A stretch of 64,000 bases of DNA from Patescibacteria group bacterium (GTDB lineage Bacteria > Patescibacteriota > Minisyncoccia > UBA6257 > GWB1-50-10). Below, piece by piece: positions 17,811 through 26,407 of this stretch (position 1 is the first letter of the stretch; each line of letters starts with the position of its first letter). A model generated the notes under the pieces. It was given only the letters and a program-made list of their open reading frames with translations. It had not been told where the DNA came from and ran no database searches. The position numbers and the translations under genes were made by a program. The stretch covers positions 16,168-80,167 of the forward strand of contig JAMCYI010000013.1 of the NCBI GenBank assembly GCA_023474215.1, read 5' to 3'.

Positions 17811-18635
17811 ATGGCACGCGTAATGGCGATATGCAATCAAAAGGGAGGCGTCGGAAAGACAACGACCGCCATGAATCTCGCCGCGTATCTCGCGATGTTC
17901 GGCAAGAAAACACTTCTCATCGATTTCGATCCGCAATACAACTCAACATCGGGTCTCGGCGTACGCCATCTTTCGGAAGAAACGATCTATCACGCGCTCC
18001 TTGCGGGAATCGCACCGGAGAAGGTCATCAAATCGAGCTATCTTTCAAATCTCGAGATCGTTCCCGCATCACCCGATCTTGCCGGCGCATTGGTTGAACT
18101 CGTGAATCTGCCCGAGCGCGAATGGTACCTCCGAAGGTTCACCGAGAAGATCGGCGCATGGTATGATTTCATCGTCATCGATTCCGGTCCGAACTTAAAC
18201 CTCTTGACGGTGAACGCGCTCGTCGCCGCCGACGAGATCCTTGTGCCGATCCAATGTGAGTACTTCAGTTTGGAGGGGTTGTCGCAGCTCCTTGAAACCG
18301 TTGATCTTATCAAGAACAATTTGGGGCACGAGGTCAGGAGCGTCACCGCTCTTCTTACCATGTATGACAAGCGGGAACGGCTATCGCGGGAAATCGCTCG
18401 GGAGATCCGGAAGCGATTTCCTAATTACGTGTATGAGGTGGAAATTCCACGGTCCGTAGCGCTCGCGGAAGCACCGAGTTTTCAAAAACCCATCATGCTG
18501 TATGCCCCGCAAAGCCCGGGGGCCTTGGCGTACGAGCGTTTGGCGCGGGAAATCATCGAAGGGAAGCGATTGACGGGAACGGCCGATGATGGCGAAGCAT
18601 TATATCCGCAAAAACCTTTTGACATCGTCCGGTGA
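17811..18635 (+). CDS. parA: Chromosome partitioning ATPase ParA/Soj.
   Basis: Deviant Walker A KGGVGKTT. Confidence 0.9.
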   Translation: MARVMAICNQKGGVGKTTTAMNLAAYLAMFGKKTLLIDFDPQYNSTSGLGVRHLSEETIYHALLAGIAPEKVIKSSYLSNLEIVPASPDLAGALVELVNLPEREWYLRRFTEKIGAWYDFIVIDSGPNLNLLTVNALVAADEILVPIQCEYFSLEGLSQLLETVDLIKNNLGHEVRSVTALLTMYDKRERLSREIAREIRKRFPNYVYEVEIPRSVALAEAPSFQKPIMLYAPQSPGALAYERLAREIIEGKRLTGTADDGEALYPQKPFDIVR

Positions 18636-18916
18636 TATGCTATGATTCTCCTCGGAACGTACCGTTCCTAAGATATTGAGGGAGTGATCATATGCGGCCG
18701 CTTTGGTTGCGACTTTAATATTTGAGGGATGGCGCGAACCACGTCTAGACGTTTGCTAATTCGGAGGTAGAACCGGGTTCCCGAAGGAATCGACCTCTAG
18801 CTGATACTGCGAGTTGCTCTTTATTTTTATTTATTTACTCTCGTAGTAAATTCAGCGAAGGGTTGGTTTTGAGGGGCTTTGATTCGCCTCCGTTTTAGTT
18901 TATTATTAATTGCAAT

Positions 18917-20026
18917 ATGCCACTGGGAAGAGGATTATCATCACTTATTCCACCGAAGGAGGGAGGTGAGAACGGGAAGACATCTTCGGAAGACACTGTC
19001 GTTTCTCCCCAGCGCGGAGAAACGCAGTTCGACTCTCGACCTCGCTCTTCCGCTCCAAGCGGAAACCCTGCCCGCTCGGTCTCCGAGACGCTTCCTCAGA
19101 CGCCTTCCCATTCTTTTAGAGAAAACAATTTGTCCGAGACATTTTCTTCGGCTATTTCACCGGAAAGCCACAGTGTTGGTGGTGAAGAAGTAGTACAGAA
19201 GGAAAAGGAGGCGCTCAGGGAAGCGGTGACTCGCTTGCCGCACGAAGCGGTATTTCAAATCGAAATTTCGAAGATTGTTCCCAATCCGTTCCAGCCGCGG
19301 CGCGAATTCGAGGACGGCGCGATCGACGAGCTGGCCGAATCCATCAAGCAGTTCGGCATCATCCAGCCGCTCATTGTTTCAAAAATAACCGAAGAGACCG
19401 AGACGGGAACGAATGTTTTTTACCAACTGATCGCCGGCGAACGTCGTTTTCGGGCGGCGAAAAAACTCGGCCTCGAGCGGGTTCCCGCCATCGTGCGGGA
19501 GGTGGATCATCCGGGAAGAAAACTCGAACTTGCCCTTATCGAAAACATCCAACGACGAGACCTGAATCCGATCGAGGAAGCGAGAGCTTATTCGCGATTG
19601 CAGGATGAATTCGGCCTGACGCAAAAAGAGATCGCGGTTCGGGTTGGAAAGAGCCGGGAGGTCGTGGCAAACAGCTTGCGGCTCCTCAATTTGCCGCCGG
19701 ACGCCCAGAAAGCTCTCGGCGAAGGGAAAGTGACAAGTTCTCAGGCGAGAATGCTTCTTTCGATCTCAAATGTGACCGATCAAGAACGGACTTTGCGCGA
19801 GATCCTGGATCAAAAACTTTCGGTGCGAGGCATCCGAACGGAGATCAAGCGGCAGGTGGTAGATCATCCCGAAGATCCGGAAGTGATCTTCTTGAAAAAG
19901 AAGCTTGAAGAGTATCTCGGCATGCCGGTCAGGATCACTGATCTTGGCGGAAAGGGGAAGATCACGATCGACTTTTTCTCGAAGGACGATATCAGGAATT
20001 TCATCGACAAGCTCGGCGGGGAGTAG
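18917..20026 (+). CDS. parB: Chromosome partitioning protein ParB/Spo0J with a long low-complexity N-terminal linker.
   Basis: N-terminal GRGLSSLI peptide and ParB box GERRFRAAK. Confidence 0.85.
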   Translation: MPLGRGLSSLIPPKEGGENGKTSSEDTVVSPQRGETQFDSRPRSSAPSGNPARSVSETLPQTPSHSFRENNLSETFSSAISPESHSVGGEEVVQKEKEALREAVTRLPHEAVFQIEISKIVPNPFQPRREFEDGAIDELAESIKQFGIIQPLIVSKITEETETGTNVFYQLIAGERRFRAAKKLGLERVPAIVREVDHPGRKLELALIENIQRRDLNPIEEARAYSRLQDEFGLTQKEIAVRVGKSREVVANSLRLLNLPPDAQKALGEGKVTSSQARMLLSISNVTDQERTLREILDQKLSVRGIRTEIKRQVVDHPEDPEVIFLKKKLEEYLGMPVRITDLGGKGKITIDFFSKDDIRNFIDKLGGE

Positions 20027-20120
20027 GTCTTTTGTTCCTCATTCGTTCACAGGCTCTCGCTTGCTAAAATCCTCCGACCGCTTCGTTGGAATTAAGCCAC
20101 GAAATATCGAACTCAACCTT

Positions 20121-20138
20121 GGTTTCATTAATGAAACC
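20121..20138. promoter_or_regulatory. parS-like palindrome GGTTTCATTAATGAAACC nested inside an 11-bp outer inverted repeat (20099-20109 / 20156-20166).
   Basis: The half-sites GTTTCA/TGAAAC match the parS consensus tGTTTCAcGTGAAACa. About 95 bp downstream of parB. Confidence 0.4.
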
Positions 20139-20259
20139 GGCGGGATTCAGACAGGCGATATTTCGTTCATTCCTTCCTCATCGCTCGGGGATTTTAACGC
20201 AATCTCGAACAAGTTCACTCATGAGGAAGAGAAAGACCTATTTGCTATAATTCATTGGA

Positions 20260-20856
20260 ATGGATCAAAAAACGATCGACACATACAACGAACTGGCGAA
20301 AGAATACGACGAAGAAACGATCGATTTCTGGGAGAGATTTCCCAGAACTTTTTTGAATAAGTTCATAGCGTCAGTTAAGAAAGGAGGGAAAGTGCTCGAT
20401 GTCGGGAGTGGCCCCGGAAGGGATGGCTTGCTTCTCAAAGAAGCAGGTTTTGATGTTATCTGTTTCGATGCTTCGGCGGCGATGATTGAGCTCTCAAAGC
20501 AAAAAGGCCTCGAATCAGTACTTGGAGATTTCAATGAATTGCCGTTCGAGGATGGGACGTTCGACGGTGTCTGGGCCTATACGTCGCTCCTGCACATCCC
20601 GAAATCAGAAGTGGAAAAACCTCTTCGGGAAATAAGGAGGGCATTGAAACCCTCGGGCATTTTCGGCTTGGGTCTCATGGAAGGCGACAAGGAGCTCTAT
20701 CGGGAAAGTTCCGGCGTCAAGAAAGAGCGGTGGTTCAGCTTTTATACGAAGGAAGAAATCGAGCAACTGCTCGCTCGCAATGGATTCGAAATCACGTATT
20801 TCGAGGAGTTCAATACCGGCAAAGATTATCTCAATTACGTCTCAAGGAAGAAGTAG
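20260..20856 (+). CDS. Class I SAM-dependent methyltransferase.
   Basis: Motif I VLDVGSGPG. Confidence 0.7.
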   Translation: MDQKTIDTYNELAKEYDEETIDFWERFPRTFLNKFIASVKKGGKVLDVGSGPGRDGLLLKEAGFDVICFDASAAMIELSKQKGLESVLGDFNELPFEDGTFDGVWAYTSLLHIPKSEVEKPLREIRRALKPSGIFGLGLMEGDKELYRESSGVKKERWFSFYTKEEIEQLLARNGFEITYFEEFNTGKDYLNYVSRKK

Positions 20857-20877
20857 ATCCGTGGTATACTGGAGAAA

Positions 20878-21294
20878 ATGGAAGTGAAACAATTCACGGC
20901 GGTACGGGCGCTCATCGTGCACGAGGGGAAAGTGCTCATCATCCGCGAATCGACGAACTACAAGGGCGGATCGAACATCGGGAAATATGATCTGCCGGGC
21001 GGAAAAATCAAGCCCGGCGAGACCTACCAGCAGGCGCTCGAGCGGGAATCGCTCGAGGAGTGCGGGCTAAAGATAACGATCGGGAAGCCCCTCTTCGTCG
21101 ACGAGTGGTGGCCGGAAGTAGCGAAGGGGGAAGTGCAGATTATCGGTATCTTCTTTGAATGCTTTGCCGAAAGCAACCACGTTGTTCTGAGCAACGACCA
21201 CGATGATTATCAATGGATCGACCCTGCAAATTATGGCAACTACGATATGATCGAGGCGGATAAAAAAGCGCTTGAAGCTTATCTCGGGAGATAG
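20878..21294 (+). CDS. NUDIX hydrolase.
   Basis: Nudix box GGKIKPGETYQQALERESLEECGL. Confidence 0.8.
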   Translation: MEVKQFTAVRALIVHEGKVLIIRESTNYKGGSNIGKYDLPGGKIKPGETYQQALERESLEECGLKITIGKPLFVDEWWPEVAKGEVQIIGIFFECFAESNHVVLSNDHDDYQWIDPANYGNYDMIEADKKALEAYLGR

Positions 21295-21297
21295 GTC

Positions 21298-21918
21298 ATG
21301 AATAAAACAAATAAACTTGCCGTTGATATTGCTCTTCTCCCATCCGAGGAAATGACCGATTTTGTAATTGGTTTGAATAAAGCGGTAGCAGGAGAGAACG
21401 CTGATAAGATGATTTTGAACACGGCGGATTGTTTGCCGCATTGTACGCTTTCCATGGGTTTCATTGACCGGGAAAATTTAGAAAAAGTTACCGATAAACT
21501 TCAAATGATTTCAGAGCAATTCAGCGCCTTTCATTTAGTTTCCGATGGACTCGATTTCGGGAAAATGTCGTCTGGCTATGAGATCGTTGCCCTTCATATT
21601 CAAAAACAATCCGATATTCAGCAATTGCACGAAATGATAACTAACGAACTTCCCCCTTATCTGAGCTCCGAAGGTTCGGGCAATGATTTTCATAAACCCC
21701 AACGAGATGAGGTATTGTCTTACATCAAAAACTTCAAAGCTGTTGCGAGTTTTGAGAAATATAACCCCCATATCACCATCGGCTTGGGAAAACTGGAGAA
21801 CATCAAACTCCCTATTACATTCACCGCCGACAAGCTTGCGCTGTGCCATCTTGGCGATAATTATACCTGCGCAAAAATACTCTGGTCCGTCAAATTAAAT
21901 GATGCAGATGGACATTAA
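21298..21918 (+). CDS. 2H phosphoesterase (LigT/CPDase-like).
   Basis: Two H-x-T-x motifs (PHCTLS, PHITIG). Confidence 0.55.
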   Translation: MNKTNKLAVDIALLPSEEMTDFVIGLNKAVAGENADKMILNTADCLPHCTLSMGFIDRENLEKVTDKLQMISEQFSAFHLVSDGLDFGKMSSGYEIVALHIQKQSDIQQLHEMITNELPPYLSSEGSGNDFHKPQRDEVLSYIKNFKAVASFEKYNPHITIGLGKLENIKLPITFTADKLALCHLGDNYTCAKILWSVKLNDADGH

Positions 21919-22492
21919 GTTCTTCTTCGGCGTTATAGGCGGGATTCTGAACGTCATAAGCTTTGTCCCGTATCTCCTCGACATCTTCAGGGGGAAAACG
22001 AAGCCGCATTCGTACACATGGCTCATCTGGAGCATTCTTCAAACGATGGGAACAATAGCCATATTCCTGAACGGCGGCGGGTACGGGGCACTCGGCCTTG
22101 CGATCGGGGCATTGTTCTGCATCTTCATCTTTTTTCTATCGCTCAAGTACGGCACGAAGAACATCGTCCGATTCGACACCGTCCTTCTCGTCGGCGCGCT
22201 TCTCGCTGTCGTCGTCTGGATCCTTACGAAAAACGCCCTCTATTCGGTCATTCTCGTATCAGCGATTGATTTTACGGGGTACCTGCCGACCGCCCGCAAG
22301 GGATACGAAGAGCCGGAGAGCGAAACCATTTCTTTGTACTTCATGAACGCCCTGACTGATATTCTTGGCCTATTGGCTCTTTCGGCATACTCCGTTACTA
22401 CTGTTTTATATCCAGCCGTACTCCTTTTTTCCAATAGCTCACTGGTTGTTCTACTTTCTCTGAGAAGGCGCCAGGTTTTAGTGATAAAATAA
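21899..22492 (+). CDS. Integral membrane protein, paralog of 561..1148 (two-fold repeat, PQ-loop-like topology).
   Basis: Similarity to ORF 561: VPYLLDIFRGKTKP / ARKGYEEPESET. Confidence 0.5.
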   Translation: MMQMDIKFFFGVIGGILNVISFVPYLLDIFRGKTKPHSYTWLIWSILQTMGTIAIFLNGGGYGALGLAIGALFCIFIFFLSLKYGTKNIVRFDTVLLVGALLAVVVWILTKNALYSVILVSAIDFTGYLPTARKGYEEPESETISLYFMNALTDILGLLALSAYSVTTVLYPAVLLFSNSSLVVLLSLRRRQVLVIK

Positions 22493-22497
22493 TTAAT

Positions 22498-22962
22498 ATG
22501 CAAAAATTCAAGCCAAAGCGGGGACAAGTTGATTTCACTCATATCCGCTGGGCGCCGGTCGTGAACTGCGTCCTCAGGTACCGCGGGAAGATCCTCCTCG
22601 TGAAGCGGAACAACGATATGCACTTCTATCCGGGGTACTACAACGGCATCTCGGGATTTTTGGATGACCATAAGAGTTTGGAAGAAAAAGTCATCGAAGA
22701 ATTGCGAGAGGAGATCGGTATTACGAAGAAGGAAATAAAGAGAATAAGGACGGGGGGTGTTTTCGATCAAGATGAACCGAAGTACAAGAAAACGTGGATC
22801 GTTCATCCGGTCCTCGTCGATGTTCTGACCGACAGGATACGCCTCGATTGGGAAGCCGAAAAATATCGTTGGGTGAAACCGACCGAAGCGAGAAAACTGA
22901 AACTGCTTCCCGGTTTTGACAAAGTTTTGAAAGCAACCGGCGTATGGAAAAATAGAAAATGA
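22498..22962 (+). CDS. NUDIX hydrolase.
   Basis: Nudix box GFLDDHKSLEEKVIEELREEIGI. Confidence 0.75.
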   Translation: MQKFKPKRGQVDFTHIRWAPVVNCVLRYRGKILLVKRNNDMHFYPGYYNGISGFLDDHKSLEEKVIEELREEIGITKKEIKRIRTGGVFDQDEPKYKKTWIVHPVLVDVLTDRIRLDWEAEKYRWVKPTEARKLKLLPGFDKVLKATGVWKNRK

Positions 22963-23363
22963 CAAAAAAGAAGATCATCATAGCGGGAAGCGCGAAGCTT
23001 CAAGAAGAGATAAAAAGATGGATCGACTACTGGGAGGAAAGGGGTTGTACCGTTGTTGATTTTCCGCGCAGTATTCCTAAAAAAACTTTCAATAAGACGT
23101 ATCCCGGCGTCCATAAGAGGTTTTATGCCGATATCCTGAAGGCTGATATCTTCTTTGTTGCGAACGGAAAGAAGAACGGCATCGCGGGATACATCGGCCC
23201 GGAAACATTCGCCGAGCTGTCGTTTGCGGTGATCAGAAAGATCTCGAACAAACAGAAGATCAGGATCGTTCTCGCTCGGATGCCATCGAGGAAAGTTGCT
23301 TCATATGAAGAAATAAAGCGGTGGTTGCGCTTGGGTTGGGTCGACGAGATACTGCACAAATGA
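22959..23363 (+). CDS. Nucleoside 2-deoxyribosyltransferase-like protein (LOG/SLOG fold).
   Basis: Rossmann-like fold with GYIGPETFAELSFA, resembling the catalytic Glu segment of NDT (DSGTAFELGYA). Confidence 0.4.
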   Translation: MTKKKIIIAGSAKLQEEIKRWIDYWEERGCTVVDFPRSIPKKTFNKTYPGVHKRFYADILKADIFFVANGKKNGIAGYIGPETFAELSFAVIRKISNKQKIRIVLARMPSRKVASYEEIKRWLRLGWVDEILHK

Positions 23364-24118
23364 AGATTGTCGCTTGGAACGTGAACGGCTTGCGGTCGGT
23401 CGAACGGAACGGGTTTTCCGCATGGCTTAAGAAAAGCGGCGCCGACATCGTCTGCATCGAGGAAATGAAGGCGCACAAAGAACAGATCCCCGAGGACCTG
23501 CTTTCGCTCAAGGAATACTCCTTATATATAAATCAGGCCGAAAAGAAGGGGTACAGCGGCGTTGCCGTTTTTACCAAAGAAAAGCCGCTCAAGGAAAATT
23601 ATAAGCTCGGATTGGAACGTTTCGACAAAGAGGGGAGAATGGTCGAACTGGAATACGGAAAATTCATCTTCATCGCGCTCTACCTGCCGCACGGCGGCCG
23701 GTTCAAGGAAAATCTGCAATACAAGTTAGAAGTTTACAAACATCTCTTCACTCATCTCCGGAAATTAAAAAACAAGAACGTCATTCTTGCCGGAGATTTC
23801 AATATCGCCCATAAAGACATCGATCTTGCGCGGCCAAACGGGAATCGGAACAACATCATGTTCACGCCGGAAGAGCGGAAACAACTCGATGTGCTCATAG
23901 CAAGCGGCTTCGTCGATACGTTCAGACAATTCCATAAAGGGGGAGGTAATTATACCTGGTGGCCGTATTTCGCGAATGCCCGAGAAAGGAATCTCGGCTG
24001 GCGGATCGATTACGTGTTCGTTTCGAACCCGCTCGCAAAAAAGCTCAAAGACGCATTTATCTTGAACAAAGTGTCCGGTTCCGATCATTGCCCCGTTGGC
24101 ATCACCATTGGTATTTAG
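23360..24118 (+). CDS. xth: Exodeoxyribonuclease III (AP endonuclease, EEP family).
   Basis: MKIVAWNVNGLRS N-terminus and C-terminal SDHCPV. Confidence 0.85.
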   Translation: MKIVAWNVNGLRSVERNGFSAWLKKSGADIVCIEEMKAHKEQIPEDLLSLKEYSLYINQAEKKGYSGVAVFTKEKPLKENYKLGLERFDKEGRMVELEYGKFIFIALYLPHGGRFKENLQYKLEVYKHLFTHLRKLKNKNVILAGDFNIAHKDIDLARPNGNRNNIMFTPEERKQLDVLIASGFVDTFRQFHKGGGNYTWWPYFANARERNLGWRIDYVFVSNPLAKKLKDAFILNKVSGSDHCPVGITIGI

Positions 24119-24304
24119 CCATTAAAAATTAGGAGAATGAAAAGGTTTCTCCGGACCCTTGCGGAGAATCGCCGGAAAATAAGGAGCTTTCGAGGTGAAA
24201 ATAGCGGTCGGAAAATCCCGAAGCGAAGCGGAGGGAGGAACGGGAACCGCGAGTTGATTTTCAAGACTCGGAGCGCTTGGGTGAGGGAAACCCTTTCGTT
24301 CTTC

Positions 24305-25999
24305 CTATCTCAGAAACTTGTAGCTCACTTCCTTGCTGCCGGATATTTTCTTAAGCTTCACGACGAGCGTTTCCAGTTTGCCCTGCGGAAGCGTCGGACA
24401 GCGGAGAATAACGGTCGAAAATGCCGATCGGTGATCCGTCTCGCTCGTAAGGAAAGTGATGTTGATCTTCGAATTGGCGAAAATCTCCGTGATATCCTTC
24501 AAAAAACCTGGACGATCGGCGTTCACGACTTTAAATTCAACAGCCTTTGGCGCTGCTTTGCCGATGAGTTTACGTTCGTTCTCATTAATGGCACTTTTCA
24601 CTTTCTTCCGCGCTTCGCTTGTTTTCACGAACCGAAGCCACCCTTCAGTCGGCTTCTTACCTTTTTGCGTTACGATTTCGACAACGTCGCCTGATTTCAA
24701 CTCGTAATCCAGGGGCGTGATCTTTCCGTTTACGCGGGCTCCCACGCAGCTGTCGCCGATCTGGGAATGGATGCGGTAGGCGAAATCGACCGGCGTCGAA
24801 CCAGCCGGCAGGTCGATAACGTCGTTATGCGGCGTGAAGACGAAGATCCGGTCTTTGAAGAAATCGACTTTCACGGCGTTCAAGAACTCTTCTTGGCTCG
24901 CGAACTTCTTTTGCCAGTTCTGTAATTGCTGCACCCACATAAGCTCCTTTTTGTTTTTCACGCCTTTCCAGCCCGAGCGGGTCTTATTCGAGCTTTTGAC
25001 TTGTTCATATGCCCAGTGGGCGGCGATACCGAGTTCGTTTTCGTCGTGCATTTCTTTCGTCTTGATCTGAACCTCGAGGATCTTGTTGTCGATGCAAAAG
25101 ACGGTCGTGTGCAAGCTCCGGTAGCCGTTCGGCTTCGGACGCGCGATATAGTCCTTGAAGCGGCCGGTCATCGGCGGCCACATGGCGTGGATCACGCCCA
25201 AGACCGCATAGCATTCTTCGACGGTTTTGACGATGATGCGAAGCGCCACAAGGTCGTGGATCTCGTTCAAATTCATGTTGTGCCGCAAAAGTTTTTTGTA
25301 CAAGCTGAAATATCGCTTGGCGCGGGCATCGATGGCGATCGGTTTGATATGGTGGCTTGCGAGCGTCTTTTCAATGAGGGGAAGAACCTTTCGAACGTAC
25401 TCTTGCCGTTCTTCGTAGGTGTCTTTTACTTCGTGAACAAGCCATCGGTATTCTTCCGGATGGATGTAGGGGAAGGCGAGATCTTCGAGTTCGCCGGAAA
25501 GTTTCTGCATGCCGAGTCGGTAAGCGAGCGGAGCGTAAATTTCCGCGGTTTCGAGCGCGAACGGTTTTTGCCGTTCTTCGGGCAAAAACTGAAGTGTCCG
25601 CATGTTATGAAGGCGGTCGGCAAGCTTGATGATGAGGACGCGAAGATCTTCGCTGAAGGCGATGATGAATTTCCGCAAATTCTCCGCGTCTTGGTTTTTG
25701 GGAATGGCGATGTTCTGCAGTTTCGTGAGTCCTTGCACAAGGAAGGCGATTTCGTCCCCGAATTCCTTTCGGATGTCTTCGATGGTGATGGAAGAATCCT
25801 CAACGACGTCATGAAGAAGCGCCGCGGCGACGGAATCTTCGTCGAGGCCCCATGATTGCACGGCTTCGGCAACGGCAAGCGGATGAACGATGTACGGGTC
25901 GCCGTTCATGCGCCGTTCTCCTTCGTGAGCTTTCAAGGCAACTTCGTATGCCTTGTCGAGGAGCGGGGAATGCGTTTTTTCAAGCCAAGCGGTTGACAT
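24305..25999 (-). CDS. RelA/SpoT-family (p)ppGpp synthetase/hydrolase (HD, synthetase, TGS and ACT domains).
   Basis: HD motif (HDVVED), synthetase region (RxKD...YRSLHT), 564 aa. Confidence 0.9.
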   Translation of the reverse strand: MSTAWLEKTHSPLLDKAYEVALKAHEGERRMNGDPYIVHPLAVAEAVQSWGLDEDSVAAALLHDVVEDSSITIEDIRKEFGDEIAFLVQGLTKLQNIAIPKNQDAENLRKFIIAFSEDLRVLIIKLADRLHNMRTLQFLPEERQKPFALETAEIYAPLAYRLGMQKLSGELEDLAFPYIHPEEYRWLVHEVKDTYEERQEYVRKVLPLIEKTLASHHIKPIAIDARAKRYFSLYKKLLRHNMNLNEIHDLVALRIIVKTVEECYAVLGVIHAMWPPMTGRFKDYIARPKPNGYRSLHTTVFCIDNKILEVQIKTKEMHDENELGIAAHWAYEQVKSSNKTRSGWKGVKNKKELMWVQQLQNWQKKFASQEEFLNAVKVDFFKDRIFVFTPHNDVIDLPAGSTPVDFAYRIHSQIGDSCVGARVNGKITPLDYELKSGDVVEIVTQKGKKPTEGWLRFVKTSEARKKVKSAINENERKLIGKAAPKAVEFKVVNADRPGFLKDITEIFANSKINITFLTSETDHRSAFSTVILRCPTLPQGKLETLVVKLKKISGSKEVSYKFLR

Positions 26000-26041
26000 A
26001 TCGTTAAAATTATATTGCTTTTATCGGATTTAGGAAAGTTA

Positions 26042-26070
26042 TTGACAAACTGGATGTCAAAAAATAGAAT
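26042..26070 (+). promoter_or_regulatory. Sigma70 promoter of groES: TTGACA, 17-nt spacer, TAGAAT.
   Basis: Near-consensus hexamers with correct spacing. Confidence 0.6.
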
Positions 26071-26096
26071 TAGCACGAAAAGGTCAATGTTGCTAA
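26070..26096 (+). promoter_or_regulatory. Degenerate CIRCE-like inverted repeat: TTAGCACGA-N9-TGTTGCTAA.
   Basis: TTAGCA/TGCTAA arms with a 9-nt spacer between the promoter and groES. Confidence 0.45.
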
Positions 26097-26106
26097 TAAA
26101 AGTAAA

Positions 26107-26403
26107 ATGAATGTAAAACCATTGTCGAATCGCGTGCTCGTCGAACTTATCGTGGACGAGCAAAAAACGACTAAGTCGGGGATCGTTCTTCCCGACACGG
26201 TCGATAAGAAGGAGCAAACGAAAGGTATCGTGGTCGCCGTCGGTCCCGGGAAATTCCAGAACGGAGCGCGGGTCGCACCGGACCTAAAGCCGGGTGATAA
26301 AGTGCTCTTCTCGAAGCCATGGGGCGACGACAAAAAGATCGAAGAAGGGGAAAAGACGTATTTTCTGGTCGACGAAGACGATATTTTGGCGATAATCCAA
26401 TAA
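26107..26403 (+). CDS. groES: Co-chaperonin GroES.
   Basis: Family signature and 98-aa length. Confidence 0.95.
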   Translation: MNVKPLSNRVLVELIVDEQKTTKSGIVLPDTVDKKEQTKGIVVAVGPGKFQNGARVAPDLKPGDKVLFSKPWGDDKKIEEGEKTYFLVDEDDILAIIQ

Positions 26404-26407
26404 ACGT

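Noticed and set aside
17600-18097. 165-aa + strand ORF spanning tRNA-Leu and the parA 5' end.
   Set aside because: It overlaps a tRNA gene and the parA start, and is Arg/Ser-rich noise.
24137-24694. 185-aa + strand ORF plus others at 24926-25855 and 25426-25878, all inside or antisense to the relA/spoT gene.
   Set aside because: They are antisense or alternative frames of a well-supported 564-aa RelA/SpoT ORF on the - strand.
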